Shown piece after piece: positions 1-10,016 of a stretch of 64,000 nucleotides of DNA. Position numbers and translations under genes: made by a program. Position 1 is the stretch's first letter, and each line of letters begins with the position of its first letter. This DNA comes from an uncultured delta proteobacterium (GTDB taxonomy: Bacteria; Myxococcota_A; Polyangia; Polyangiales; Polyangiaceae). Location: NCBI GenBank assembly GCA_963782055.1, contig CAWAIF010000003.1:6695948-6759947 (forward strand), given 5' to 3'. The notes under the pieces were generated by a model, which saw nothing but the letters and a program-made list of their open reading frames with translations, searched no databases and was not told the DNA's origin.

Positions 1-69
1 TTGGGGTAGATCGCTCACGATAGCGCGACCCGACGCCACCGACGAGCCCGTCCGCGCGGCCTCGGCGCG

Positions 70-1287
70 TCAGCCGGGCGCCGGCGCGCGGTGGCGCGAC
101 GCCGGATCGTCCTTCCGGAAGATGACGCAGAAGACGACGAAGCCCGCCCAGAGCGCGGAGAAGTGATAGATCATCGCCACCCCGCTCACGCGCTTGAAGA
201 TGAAGCTGGAGATGGGCGGCCCCACCAGCATGCCGAGCGCGTAGCACGCGTTGTAGATGGCGTTGCCGCGGCTGTAGTCCGCCGGCTCGCACACGATCCC
301 TTGCAGCGCCAGGCTCACCGGCGAGATGGAGGCGAGCGTGGCGCCGGTGACGAAGATCGCCGCGCACATCACCGGCCAGGAGTCGAGCGCGACGAATCCG
401 AGCGTCATCACGATGCCGACGAGCGCGAGCGCGGTCATCACGCGCAGGTGGCCGACGCGATCGCCGAGCCGCCCCGCGATGTTGGAGAAGAGGAGCATGC
501 CGCCGGCGAAGAAGGCCGTCATCAGGATGGTGCTGCGCTCCGGTACGTGCTTCTCGCCGATGAGGTACAGGGGCAGGAAGAGCACCACCGAGGCCTGGAA
601 GTAGCCGTAGGAGAAGGTGGCCAGGCACGAGGTCTTGATGCGCCAGAGGATCGTGGCGGAGGAGTGATGGCTGCCACCGGCGGCGTGCTCGTGGTGCGGC
701 GCATCGGCGGCGCCGCCGCCACGATCCGGATCCAGGCGCGCCGCGGTGAAGGCGATGGCCACCACCGTGATGGCGCTGGCGACGAGGAACACCGCCATGT
801 ACGAGGTGCCGGTGATCTGCGTGATGCCCCGCGCGAGGAGCGAGCCCACCACGTACCCGATGGCGATGGCCATGGCGTAGAGGCTCGTGACGTAGGCCTT
901 GTTGTCGTCGTCGGAGCGGGCGAGCAGGATGGTCTCGCAGCAGACCCACGCGCCGACCGACGACGCGCCGTCCAGGGTGCGCACCGCGCACGCGCCGGGA
1001 TACGTCGTCTGGAAGGGGAAGAGCCCCACCGCCACCACGTACGCGCAGAGGCACACCAGCAGCGTGCGCTTGGCGGAGAAGCGCCGGATGAACACGCCCG
1101 CCGGGATGGACATGGCGACGATGCCACCCGCGAACCACGACGCCAGCGTGCCGATCTCCGTCTTGGAGAAGCCCACGGCGTCCAGCTGCAGCGGCGTGAC
1201 GGCGAGCGACGACCCGTACGCCACGCCCAGCAGGAAGATGGTCGTGTAGACGACGAGGATGTTGCGGTCGCGGATGCGCGCGAGCAC
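70..1287 (-). CDS. MFS-type transporter
   Basis: 405-aa ORF with multiple hydrophobic helices and MFS-like organisation. It sits immediately downstream of the methyltransferase gene on the same strand. Confidence 0.55.
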   Translation of the reverse strand: MLARIRDRNILVVYTTIFLLGVAYGSSLAVTPLQLDAVGFSKTEIGTLASWFAGGIVAMSIPAGVFIRRFSAKRTLLVCLCAYVVAVGLFPFQTTYPGACAVRTLDGASSVGAWVCCETILLARSDDDNKAYVTSLYAMAIAIGYVVGSLLARGITQITGTSYMAVFLVASAITVVAIAFTAARLDPDRGGGAADAPHHEHAAGGSHHSSATILWRIKTSCLATFSYGYFQASVVLFLPLYLIGEKHVPERSTILMTAFFAGGMLLFSNIAGRLGDRVGHLRVMTALALVGIVMTLGFVALDSWPVMCAAIFVTGATLASISPVSLALQGIVCEPADYSRGNAIYNACYALGMLVGPPISSFIFKRVSGVAMIYHFSALWAGFVVFCVIFRKDDPASRHRAPAPG

Positions 1288-1302
1288 GGGCCGGCCGAAA
1301 CG

Positions 1303-2055
1303 CTAGCGCTTCGTCGCCGCGATGACGACATGCGGATACGGCAGCACGTCGGGCACGCGGACGATGCGGACCTTGAAGCCCACGTCGGTGAGCAGCTCGG
1401 CCCACGCGCGGTGGTGGCGGTAGGCGAGCGGCTCGCGCATGCCCACCATGAGGCGATCGAGCGCCTCGGTGAAGAGCAGGCCGTAGTGCGGCTCGGTGGT
1501 GATGTCCTTGATGAGGAGCATCCCGCCGGGGACGAGCACGTCGTAGAGGCGCTCGAGCACCGCCCGCTGGGAGGCCGCCGGGATGTGGTGCATGACGTCC
1601 AGCACGTAGACCGCGTCGAAGGGGCCACCCAGCTCGGCGTCGCGCACGTCCCCCACCACGAAGCGGTGATGGGGCAGGTCCAGCTTCGAGGCCACACGCC
1701 GGGCGAGGCGGATGCGGCGCGCATTGGGATCCACGCCGGTGATGCGGCGGCCGCGGTGCGTCTGGCCGAAGTAGGCGGCGAAGAGGCCGAAGCCGCACCC
1801 GACGTCCAGGACGTTGCCCTCGTCGGTGAGCAGCAGGTCCATCACGCTCAGCAGCTTGGAGCGCAGGATGGAGAAGCGGGCGAAGGCGTAGGCGCGCTCG
1901 AAGGGGGGCAGCGCCTGCCCGATGTTGCGCATCGCCTCGCGGCCGAAGACCTCGTGCGCCTCGTAGGACGGGGCGGCGGCGATGCTCGCGCGGAGCCGGC
2001 GGCTCCGGGGGGGGGAGTCGGGCGGTCGAGAGGAGGGGACGGCCACGGGCGGCAC
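1303..2055 (-). CDS. Class I SAM-dependent methyltransferase
   Basis: Gly-rich SAM-binding motif 'VLDVGCGFGLF' followed by an acidic loop, which is a typical Rossmann methyltransferase arrangement. Confidence 0.7.
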   Translation of the reverse strand: MPPVAVPSSRPPDSPPRSRRLRASIAAAPSYEAHEVFGREAMRNIGQALPPFERAYAFARFSILRSKLLSVMDLLLTDEGNVLDVGCGFGLFAAYFGQTHRGRRITGVDPNARRIRLARRVASKLDLPHHRFVVGDVRDAELGGPFDAVYVLDVMHHIPAASQRAVLERLYDVLVPGGMLLIKDITTEPHYGLLFTEALDRLMVGMREPLAYRHHRAWAELLTDVGFKVRIVRVPDVLPYPHVVIAATKR

Positions 2056-2358
2056 CCTAGGCTCGCCCGCTTTGGGAGGTCAACCAGCCCACCGAGGGCG
2101 TCATGGCTGAGCTGGCCGGTCGAGGCAATCGGCCCCGTCCACCTGCGCCTGGTGCCAACTGGTCCGATCGCCAGCGTGCTTGCGGTCCGACCAACCGCAG
2201 CTCAGCACGGGGCCTGGTCCGCGAGATCGGCCGTTGTTCCGGCACCTTGGCGACAATCCGGCCATCCGGTCGAAAAAAGTGCCCCCACCCCCCCAATTGT
2301 CCCCGACTGCGTGCCGTAAAGGCACACGGGCGACGCCCCCCAGTTTTAGCATTGGCTG

Positions 2359-4047
2359 ATGGACTCCACCTCCCCCACCAAGATCGACACCGTACCCCCC
2401 CCGGCGGGGGCCGACTTCTCGCTGCTGATTCTGAAGCCACTGTTTCACGCGCTGGCTCAAGACGTTGGCGAGATGGTGCTGAGCGAGATCGGGCACGAGG
2501 TGGGTCTCACCGCGGGGGATCTGCTGCAAGGCCAGCGTTGGGTCACGCATGGCGATCTCGAAGCCCTGATGCGGCTCGCCCGCGCCCGGTACGGGAGCGA
2601 CGCGGAGTTCATGAACGCATGCGCTCGCGACATGACGAAGTACTGGGGGATCGCCGCGCTGGTGTTCCGCGCCGGGACCATCCTCATGAGCTACAAGGTC
2701 CTGGCGAAAACGACCCATGTGGTCAGTCACGTCAGCGACTACGAGATGTCGGAGGGGACCGCCCGGTCGGTGACGCTGACCTACCGGAGCAAGAAGCCGG
2801 AGTCTCGCCTGATGTGCCTCTCCCGGCAGGCGCAGCTGCCGTGCGTACCACTGATGTTCTGGAAGCTGGCGCCCGCCCGGCTGACCGAGACCCGGTGCAT
2901 CGCGCACGGCGACGACGCCTGCGTCTACAACCTGCGGTGGAGCGAGCCGCTCGCCTGGCGCATCCCCGCCCTCGGCGCGCTCATCGGCGGCCTCGGCGCC
3001 GGCGTGGCCTACGCGGGCGGGTGGGAGCCGCACACCGCCGCCTTCTTGCCCCTCGTCGGGGCGCTGATGGGGGCCGCCTTCGCCTTCCGCCGCATGGTGG
3101 AGCAGAGCCACGCCTTTCACGCCGAGACCACCGAGCGCGTGGGCGAGCTGGTCACGGCTCATCACAGCGCGATCGACGAGGTCATGGCGCTTCACCAGAG
3201 GCAGGAGGCGTACAACGCCATGCTGGAAGATCGGATCGAGTCGCGCACCGCGACGCTGGAGGCGATGGTCCGCGAGCTTCGCGGCATCCGCGAGAAGAGC
3301 GGCACGGCCCTCAAGGGCCTCTCGCACGACATCCGCAACCCGCTGCAGGTGGTGAAGCTGAACGCGCAGGCGCTCTCCGAGTACCCCGACAAGGAGGTCG
3401 CGGAGGTCGCCGAGCAGATCACCGAGAGCCTGGTGCGCGTGGAGGCGCACATCCAGCGGCTCGCCATGCTGGCGACCGCCGAGAAGGACGCCTTCGCGCT
3501 CAAGGCGGAGCGGGTGGACGTGGGCCCGGTGGCCGACCGCCTCCGCAAGCACCTGCAGGCGCTCGTCATCGCCCGGGACATCCGCGTGAGCGTCTTCCGC
3601 ACGCGCGAGGCGCCAGACGCCATCGAGACCGACCTCATGCTCTTCGACCGCGTGCTCGACAACATCCTGAGCAACGCCGTCAAGTACACCGAGCGCGGCA
3701 GCATCGTGGTGGAGGTGGGTGGCGCGCCGGAGAAGCTCTCCATCAAGGTCTCCGACACCGGCCGCGGCATCGCGCCGGAGCGCCTGGAGAAGGTGTTCGT
3801 CGGCGGCCAGCGCGACGAGCGCCCGCTCCTGGGCGAGAGCCACGGCATCGGCCTCGCCAACACCGTGCGCCTGCTCGATCAGCTCGGCGCCCGGCTCGAG
3901 GTCATGTCCAAGCCCGGGGTGGGCACCACGGTGTGGGCCCACTTCCCGATGATGCCGCCCCCGGCGACCCCGCACCCCAGCCTGCGGCCCGGCCCGCGGG
4001 AGATGCTGGCGCGCGTGGTCACCATCCGTAACGCAGCCAACGAATAG
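2359..4047 (+). CDS. Sensor histidine kinase with a cytoplasmic Cys-containing N-terminal sensor domain
   Basis: H-box 'LSHDIRNPL', N/G1/G2 boxes 'DTGRGIAPE' and 'GIGLA', and a coiled-coil linker. The N-terminal ~200 aa are soluble and contain a conserved Cys pair 'CIAHGDDAC'. Confidence 0.8.
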   Translation: MDSTSPTKIDTVPPPAGADFSLLILKPLFHALAQDVGEMVLSEIGHEVGLTAGDLLQGQRWVTHGDLEALMRLARARYGSDAEFMNACARDMTKYWGIAALVFRAGTILMSYKVLAKTTHVVSHVSDYEMSEGTARSVTLTYRSKKPESRLMCLSRQAQLPCVPLMFWKLAPARLTETRCIAHGDDACVYNLRWSEPLAWRIPALGALIGGLGAGVAYAGGWEPHTAAFLPLVGALMGAAFAFRRMVEQSHAFHAETTERVGELVTAHHSAIDEVMALHQRQEAYNAMLEDRIESRTATLEAMVRELRGIREKSGTALKGLSHDIRNPLQVVKLNAQALSEYPDKEVAEVAEQITESLVRVEAHIQRLAMLATAEKDAFALKAERVDVGPVADRLRKHLQALVIARDIRVSVFRTREAPDAIETDLMLFDRVLDNILSNAVKYTERGSIVVEVGGAPEKLSIKVSDTGRGIAPERLEKVFVGGQRDERPLLGESHGIGLANTVRLLDQLGARLEVMSKPGVGTTVWAHFPMMPPPATPHPSLRPGPREMLARVVTIRNAANE

Positions 4048-4066
4048 AAATAGCGAGAAGTAAGCC

Positions 4067-5800
4067 ATGCCCGACGCATCCGGATTCACCCGTGCACTCG
4101 ACGTTTTTCTCCAGTACCTGATCGCGGAGGGGGCCACGGTCGTCTTCGGGGTCCCCGGCGGGCTCCTTCACCCCTTCTTCGAGGCCGTGGAGCAGCACCC
4201 GAAGCTGCGCCTGGTGGTCACCAAGCACGAGGAGGGCGCGGCGTTCATGGCCGACGGCTTCGCCCGGACGACGGGCCACCTCGGCGTGTGCGCGAGCACC
4301 GCCGGCCCCGGCGCGACCAACCTGATGACCGGCGTCTCCGTCGCCTACGCCGACGGCGTCCCCATGCTCGTCCTCACCGGGCAGGTGCAGTCGTCGGCGA
4401 TCGGCAAGGGCGCCGCGCAGGAGACGGGCGCGGGCGACATGGACATCGTGGCGATGTTCCGTCCGGTCACCAAGTACTCGGCGTTCGTCGAGTCGCCCGA
4501 CCGCCTCGCCCACCACCTGCGCCGCGCGCTGCGCATGGCGATGAGCGGCCGGCCGGGGCCGGTGCACCTGAACATCCCGGTCGACTTCTGGGGCAAGGCG
4601 GTGGAGGAGCACTGGTTCGACCCGGAGACGTACCGCCCGACGTCGCACCTGTTCGACCGCAACGCGGTGAGCCGCGCGGCCGAGGCGCTGCTCAAGGCGC
4701 GCAAGCCCACGCTCCTGGTGGGGTCCGGCTGCGTGGCCGCCGGCGCCGAGGAGCACGTGCAGACCCTCGCCGAGCTGCTGCAGGCGCGCGTGTGCACCTC
4801 GCCCCGCGCCAAGGGCGCGCTGGCCGAGGATCACCCGCTCTCCATGGGCGTGCTCGGCTTCGCCGGGCACCGCGAGGCGAAGTCCACCCTGCTCTCCAGC
4901 GACGTGGACACCCTCTTCACCGTCGGCGCCTCGCTGAACGAGACGACCACCTTCAACTGGAACCCCGAGCTGCGCCACGGCAAGACGCTCATCCAGCTGG
5001 ACATCGACTCCGACCGCGTCGGCCGCAGCTACCCCGTCGACATCCCCCTCGTCGGCGACGCGCAGACGATCCTCGTCGAGCTCGTCTACCACATCCACCG
5101 GCGCATCCGGGACGGCGCGGTCCCGGCGTCGGAGTGGCCGAAGGCGAAGCCGCCCGTGCGCGGGCACGCGCGCTACGACCAGCCGGACCTGCGCAAGTCG
5201 GACGCCGTGCCGCTCACGCCGCAGCGCTGGCGCGTGGACCTGCAGCAGGCGCTGCCCGACGACGCCATCCTCTTCTCCGACATCGGCGGGCACATGCTCT
5301 TCAACATCCACAATCTCTGCATCCGCGAGGGCCAGCGCTTCGTGCTCAACCTGGGCTTCGGCTCGATGGGCCACGGCACCTGCGCGCCCATCGGTGCGGC
5401 GCTCGCGCACCCCGGGCGCCCTGTCGTCTCCATCATCGGCGATGCCTGCTTCACCATGAACGGGATGGAGCTGCTCACCGCCGCCGAGTACCGCGTGCCC
5501 GTCGTGTGGATCGTGGAGAACAACCAGATGCACGGCATCACCTGGCACGGCAGCCAGAAGGTGGGCAACGGCAAGCCAATGAACGCGGTGAAGTACCAGC
5601 GCCCGCTGGAGGTCGCGTCGATCGCGCGGGCCATGGGCCTGCCGGCGTGGGTCGTCGACAGCCCGGACCAGATCCAGGACGCGCTGAAGGAGGCCCTCCG
5701 CATGCACGCGCCGGCGCTCATCGAGGTGCGCGTCGACGGCCGCATCTGCCCTCCGCTCGGCGACCGCGCGCGCAGCGTCGCGGGGTTCAAGGGTACATGA
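4067..5800 (+). CDS. Thiamine-diphosphate-dependent enzyme (acetolactate synthase-like)
   Basis: 577 aa. N-terminal PYR domain 'GVPGG...HEEGAAFMADGFAR', a central domain, and C-terminal PP domain 'IGDACFTMNGMEL...N'. Confidence 0.7.
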   Translation: MPDASGFTRALDVFLQYLIAEGATVVFGVPGGLLHPFFEAVEQHPKLRLVVTKHEEGAAFMADGFARTTGHLGVCASTAGPGATNLMTGVSVAYADGVPMLVLTGQVQSSAIGKGAAQETGAGDMDIVAMFRPVTKYSAFVESPDRLAHHLRRALRMAMSGRPGPVHLNIPVDFWGKAVEEHWFDPETYRPTSHLFDRNAVSRAAEALLKARKPTLLVGSGCVAAGAEEHVQTLAELLQARVCTSPRAKGALAEDHPLSMGVLGFAGHREAKSTLLSSDVDTLFTVGASLNETTTFNWNPELRHGKTLIQLDIDSDRVGRSYPVDIPLVGDAQTILVELVYHIHRRIRDGAVPASEWPKAKPPVRGHARYDQPDLRKSDAVPLTPQRWRVDLQQALPDDAILFSDIGGHMLFNIHNLCIREGQRFVLNLGFGSMGHGTCAPIGAALAHPGRPVVSIIGDACFTMNGMELLTAAEYRVPVVWIVENNQMHGITWHGSQKVGNGKPMNAVKYQRPLEVASIARAMGLPAWVVDSPDQIQDALKEALRMHAPALIEVRVDGRICPPLGDRARSVAGFKGT

Positions 5801-6501
5801 CCGCGGCGGCGAAGGGCGTGGGGCCCATCGAGGACCGCGAGCTGCCGCAGACGCTCACCGCCCGGGTGGTGCAGCCCGGCGCGCGGCCGAGGCTGCACGG
5901 CTACGACGTGCAGGGCGATCTGGCGCGCCACTACCGCTTCGGCGAGGTGGTGCTGCTGGCACTCACCGGAGAGGCACCGACGGAGGAGGCGGGCCGCGCC
6001 TTCGAGGTGGCGATGGTCTTCGCCGGTGCCGCTCCCATCTCCGAACCGCCTGCCCACGCCGCGTCCCTCGCCCGGCTGTGCGGTGCGCGCCCCGGCAGCG
6101 TGACGGCGGTGGCGGCGGTCGCCTTGACCGAGCAAGCGCGGGCGAGCGTGGAGCAGCACGGCGAGCTCTTGCGCTGGCTCGCGATGCCGGAAGGTCCCTT
6201 GCCCGAGTCGGCCCGCGCGAAGACCGAGGACGAGCACCTCGCCTGCGCCCGCATGCGGCGAGCGCTGGGGGACCTGTCGCGCCTGGTCCCTGTGCTCCAG
6301 GAGGACTTGGCGCCGGAGGGTGTGCTCCTGGCAGTCCTGTTCGCCTGCGGGCTTCAGGATCCGGATCGTATCCAGGTCGCCCTGACGCTCGCGCGCCTGG
6401 CCGCCACGACGGCGGAAGGGCTCGCCACCACGCCCGGGGCGCTCCGCGACTATCCAATGAACGTGCCCGCCTTTCGGTACGAGGAGCTCACCGATGCCTG
6501 A
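5797..6501 (+). CDS. Hypothetical protein (citrate-synthase/citryl-CoA-lyase-like fold?)
   Basis: ATGA overlap with the upstream TPP enzyme gene. GC3-rich coding frame. Weak resemblance to the citrate synthase small-domain region. Paralogous to the next ORF. Confidence 0.4.
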   Translation: MTAAAKGVGPIEDRELPQTLTARVVQPGARPRLHGYDVQGDLARHYRFGEVVLLALTGEAPTEEAGRAFEVAMVFAGAAPISEPPAHAASLARLCGARPGSVTAVAAVALTEQARASVEQHGELLRWLAMPEGPLPESARAKTEDEHLACARMRRALGDLSRLVPVLQEDLAPEGVLLAVLFACGLQDPDRIQVALTLARLAATTAEGLATTPGALRDYPMNVPAFRYEELTDA

Positions 6502-7300
6502 TGACATCACTACCCGCGTCGCGCGCGCCGACTGGGGCGAGAACCACTTTCGCGGATACCGGGTGAACGGCCAGCTCGTCGGAACCGACGGCTGGGCGAG
6601 CGTGCTGTCTCTCGCCGCGGGCGGTCCGCGTCTCGGAAAGGAGGACGCGGCGCTCGTGGAAGATCTGGCGATCTGCTCCCTGGCGGCGGACCCGCGCATC
6701 TGGCCGCTGAAGGCGGCGCGGCTCGTGGCAACGTACGGAAGTGCCTTCGCAGGCATCGCGAGCGGCCACCTGCTGCTCGCGGGTGCGATGATGGGTCCGG
6801 AACCGACGGGGGCCGCGGCCAACCTGCTCATCGAGCTCGCGACGAAGCTGGGGGACCGTGCGGATGATCCAGCCGCCGTGCAGGAGCTGGTCGACGACCT
6901 GCTCGCGAACGGGCGCGTTCCCGGCTTCGGGGTGGCGTTTCGCGGCGCCGACGAGCGGGTCAATGCAATCAAGGGGTGCATCGCGACGCGCGGGCGAGAA
7001 TCCGGCCCATACTGGCGTCTCCTGAGCGCGCTCGAGGCTGCCGTCCGAGCGCGCCGAGAGCTCCACGTCAACCTCGGCCTGGCCGCAGCCGCCGTCTTGC
7101 TCGACGTCGGTATGCGACCGGACACGATCACCTTCGTGATGTCCGCGTACCTCGACGTGTGCTTCTACGCCAACGCGGTCGAGGGCGCGGAGCAGAAGTC
7201 GGAGGTGCTGCGACGCCTGCCCGACGACGCCGTGCGCTACGAGGGGCCACCGCCCCGCGTCTCCCCGCGCGCCGCGCTCGCCGGCAAAGGCGGGAGGTGA
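6494..7300 (+). CDS. Hypothetical protein, paralog of the previous ORF (citrate-synthase-like, catalytic His apparently replaced)
   Basis: ATGA-type overlap with the previous gene. Motif 'RVPGFGVAFRG' resembles citrate synthase 'PGFGHRVY' but lacks the His. Confidence 0.4.
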   Translation: MPDDITTRVARADWGENHFRGYRVNGQLVGTDGWASVLSLAAGGPRLGKEDAALVEDLAICSLAADPRIWPLKAARLVATYGSAFAGIASGHLLLAGAMMGPEPTGAAANLLIELATKLGDRADDPAAVQELVDDLLANGRVPGFGVAFRGADERVNAIKGCIATRGRESGPYWRLLSALEAAVRARRELHVNLGLAAAAVLLDVGMRPDTITFVMSAYLDVCFYANAVEGAEQKSEVLRRLPDDAVRYEGPPPRVSPRAALAGKGGR

Positions 7301-7336
7301 TCCGCCGGGCGCCGCGTGCTACTCGTTGTGCCGTTC

Positions 7337-7413
<77 letters not shown>

Positions 7414-7477
7414 CTGCGCGGCCCTCGTCCGCGCCAGGTCGGTCCTGGCCCGCGCGGGGAAGTTCCGGCAAATCCTC

Positions 7478-8176
7478 TCAGTCGGAGAAGTCGTTGGTCA
7501 GGTAGAGGTGGCCGCTGACCTCCACCAGGCCGACGCCCACGCGCTTGAACTTGGTGTTCATCATGTTCATGTAGTGGCCGTGGGCCTCCCCCTGGCCGGG
7601 GCCCTCGTTGTACATGGCGAGCTGGATCGAATCGATCTGGTCGAGCTCGTTCGTCGTCGGGTCGTTGGACAGCTTGGTCCAGCCGTTGGGGTCGCCCTGG
7701 TTCTCACCGGCGCTGGTGGTGAAGCCGCTGGTCCAGAGCGTGCCGTTGTTGCCGGCGTCGATGAAGTGCTGGTGCGGAGTGTGATCCTGCGTCAGCTCCT
7801 TCGACCCCGCGAGGGCGAAGGTGCAGAGCTTGGCGTCGAGCACCAGCGGCGCGACCCCCTTGCCCGCGCGGTACTTGTTGATGACGTCCAGGTTGTGATG
7901 CTGGAACTGGTCGAAGCCGTCCCCCGCGTCCTGGACGACGCCGCTGTCCTTGCCGTTGCTGGTGCCCGCGTCCTTGGTGGCCGGCGTGCCGGCATCGTTG
8001 CTCGTGGGGGGCGTGGTGCCGGAGTCGTCGTCGGTCGACGACGGCGGCGCGGTGGTGCCCGCGTCATCGCCGCCCGGCGAGGAGTTGTCGGTCTTTCCCC
8101 AGCCACTCGGCGCCGCCGAGCAGGCCGCGAGCCCGATGACCACCAGTCCGCCAGCAAGAAGGGTGAGCGTTCGCAT
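7478..8176 (-). CDS. Secreted CAP/SCP-like domain lipoprotein
   Basis: Lipoprotein signal 'MRTLTLLAGGLVVIGLAAC' at the internal Met, followed by a Pro/Thr/Asp-rich linker. C-terminal domain has His-containing motifs ('HTPHQHF', 'GHYMNMM') reminiscent of the CAP superfamily. Confidence 0.5.
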   Translation of the reverse strand: MRTLTLLAGGLVVIGLAACSAAPSGWGKTDNSSPGGDDAGTTAPPSSTDDDSGTTPPTSNDAGTPATKDAGTSNGKDSGVVQDAGDGFDQFQHHNLDVINKYRAGKGVAPLVLDAKLCTFALAGSKELTQDHTPHQHFIDAGNNGTLWTSGFTTSAGENQGDPNGWTKLSNDPTTNELDQIDSIQLAMYNEGPGQGEAHGHYMNMMNTKFKRVGVGLVEVSGHLYLTNDFSD

Positions 8177-8385
8177 GATGTATCCCTCTGGAGGGGCAGG
8201 TACCACATCGGCGCAGAAAGGCGCCCTCTGTGAGGACGATTTCTCGCAAATAGCGCTGACGTCGGTCGACACGCACTCTCACTGCATCGCGCCGCGCGGC
8301 CGGGGCGGATTAATCGCGCGACATCGAACGAGCGATGGGCGTCATCGACGCGCCCTGCGGGCCGTCGACGGCCTCCGGCCGGACC

Positions 8386-9165
8386 TCAATCCTGCGCGAA
8401 GAGCACCGCGGTGGGCGTCGCATGGACCTCGTGCTCCGGATCGTGGATGCGCGCCACGCCCGTCCCGACGGCCACCAGCTCCAGGATGTGCGAGTCCCAC
8501 CCGTGGTTGCTCTCGCGCACGTCCACCGCGACGATGCCCGCATCCGCCCCCGCCTGCGCCGCCTCGTACTGCATGCGGCCCATCGCGAGCTCGCGCGCGT
8601 CGTAGAGCGCGGCGGTAAACTGCGGCATCTCCAGGTTCTGGTACTGCTGGCCGGAGAAGAAGCTGGAGAGCGCCTTGCCGAGCGACTGGTGCGCGATGTG
8701 ATAGACGCACACGCCGTGCGCCAGGGAGATCGGGCGGAAGCCGGCGCGCACCAGCGCCCAGAAGTCCACGCCGGAGAGGTCGCAGGTGAAGGGCATCCCG
8801 TGCCGGTCGCGCCACGCCGCACCGTCGCCCTTGCGGCGACGCACGGCGGTGCCGATCGCGCAGAACTCGGCGTGGTCGCCCTCGCGCTCCATCTCGATGC
8901 GCATGCCCACGACGCCGTCGGCGCCGAAGCGGCCGGCCTGCTCGAGCAGCCGCGCCATCGCGAGCTGGCGGGCGCGCAGCATCATCGCCGAGACGTTGCC
9001 CAGCTCCTGGTTGGCGGTCCACGCCGCGTACGACCACCCGATGTGGAAGTAGCTCGTGCCCATCACCAGCTCGAGCGGCTCGAACCCCACCTCCTCGACG
9101 AGCATCAGCTCGTCGATGGTGAGGTCGCTCGTGAAGGCGTGGGTAGGCGCCGCCGCCTGGTTCAT
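8386..9165 (-). CDS. Tandem YbjQ/DUF74-domain protein (paralog 3)
   Basis: Two repeats of the pattern 'FTxDLS...G...[YF]HxG...ELAMxRM...A...GAxGxVG...GTxV', matching YbjQ (UPF0145). ATGA overlap with the upstream paralog. Confidence 0.65.
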   Translation of the reverse strand: MNQAAAPTHAFTSDLTIDELMLVEEVGFEPLELVMGTSYFHIGWSYAAWTANQELGNVSAMMLRARQLAMARLLEQAGRFGADGVVGMRIEMEREGDHAEFCAIGTAVRRRKGDGAAWRDRHGMPFTCDLSGVDFWALVRAGFRPISLAHGVCVYHIAHQSLGKALSSFFSGQQYQNLEMPQFTAALYDARELAMGRMQYEAAQAGADAGIVAVDVRESNHGWDSHILELVAVGTGVARIHDPEHEVHATPTAVLFAQD

Positions 9166-10013
9166 TCGTTCACCGTCATCACGAGCTGCGGCGTGGGCGG
9201 CGCCTCCACCGCGTGGATGGGCACCACGCTGGTGCCGATGGCGAAGAACTCGATGACGTGGGCGTCCCACCCGCCGTGCGTCCACTCGTAGACCTCGGTC
9301 CCGACCACGCCCTGCGCGCCGTCCGTCTGCGCCTCGTACTGCAGACGCTCCATCGCCAGCTCGCGCGCGTCGTACAGGGCCTGGGTGAAGTTGGGCATCT
9401 CCACGTTCTGCCCGGCGCTCTGGAACCAGCCGCCGAGCGTCTGGTGCGCGACGTGGTAGACGCAGTTGCCCATCACCAGCGAGACGGGCCGGAAGCCGCT
9501 GCGCAGCAGCATCCAGAAGTCCTGACCGGACAGATCGCTGGTGAAGGGCATGCCGCTCGGCGCGCGGAAGTTCGGCACCTCGTACTGCTTCTTCGCGGCC
9601 TCCTGCGCGAAGACCGCGGTGCCCACGGCGACGAACTCGATGAGGCTCTCCCCCCAGGCGTGGCGGTTGACCTTCAGCCGCACGCCGATGACACCCTCGG
9701 CGCCGAGCTCGTGCGCCTCTTCTTCCATGCGCGCCATCGCAAGCTCGCGGGCCTGGTAGAGCGCCTGCGTCAGCACGCCCATCTCCTGGTTCTGGCTGTA
9801 GCCCGCGCGCTGGTAGCCCACGTGGTAGATGGAGGAGCCCATCACCAGGCCGGCGCACTCGAAGCCGGCCTCGCGTACCAGCAAGAACTCCTTCACCGAG
9901 AGGTCGCTGGTGAAGAAGCGCTGCCCCTGCGGCCCACGCATGCGCTGGATGCGCTCGGCGGCGTGCTGGGGGATCGCCTGGCGCTGCGCCTGCGGGCGGT
10001 TGTAGTTGGCCAT
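9162..10013 (-). CDS. Tandem YbjQ/DUF74-domain protein (paralog 2)
   Basis: Two YbjQ-like repeats ('FTSDLSVKEF...ELAMARMEEEAHELGAEGVIGV...GTAV', 'FTSDLSGQDF...ELAMERLQYEA...GVVGT...GTSV'). The 3-nt gap to the upstream paralog suggests one operon. Confidence 0.65.
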   Translation of the reverse strand: MANYNRPQAQRQAIPQHAAERIQRMRGPQGQRFFTSDLSVKEFLLVREAGFECAGLVMGSSIYHVGYQRAGYSQNQEMGVLTQALYQARELAMARMEEEAHELGAEGVIGVRLKVNRHAWGESLIEFVAVGTAVFAQEAAKKQYEVPNFRAPSGMPFTSDLSGQDFWMLLRSGFRPVSLVMGNCVYHVAHQTLGGWFQSAGQNVEMPNFTQALYDARELAMERLQYEAQTDGAQGVVGTEVYEWTHGGWDAHVIEFFAIGTSVVPIHAVEAPPTPQLVMTVNE

Positions 10014-10016
10014 CGG

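Noticed and set aside
2101-4137. Long antisense or alternative-frame ORFs overlapping the histidine kinase, TPP enzyme, clpB, nos and other genes (e.g. 2101..4137-, 2103..4031+, 4288..6501+, 5173..7131-, 22170..23237-, 24521..26434-)
   Set aside because: Arg/Ala/Gly/Pro-rich translations with poor GC3 bias are typical of spurious ORFs in >70% GC DNA. Each overlaps a gene that has clear motifs.
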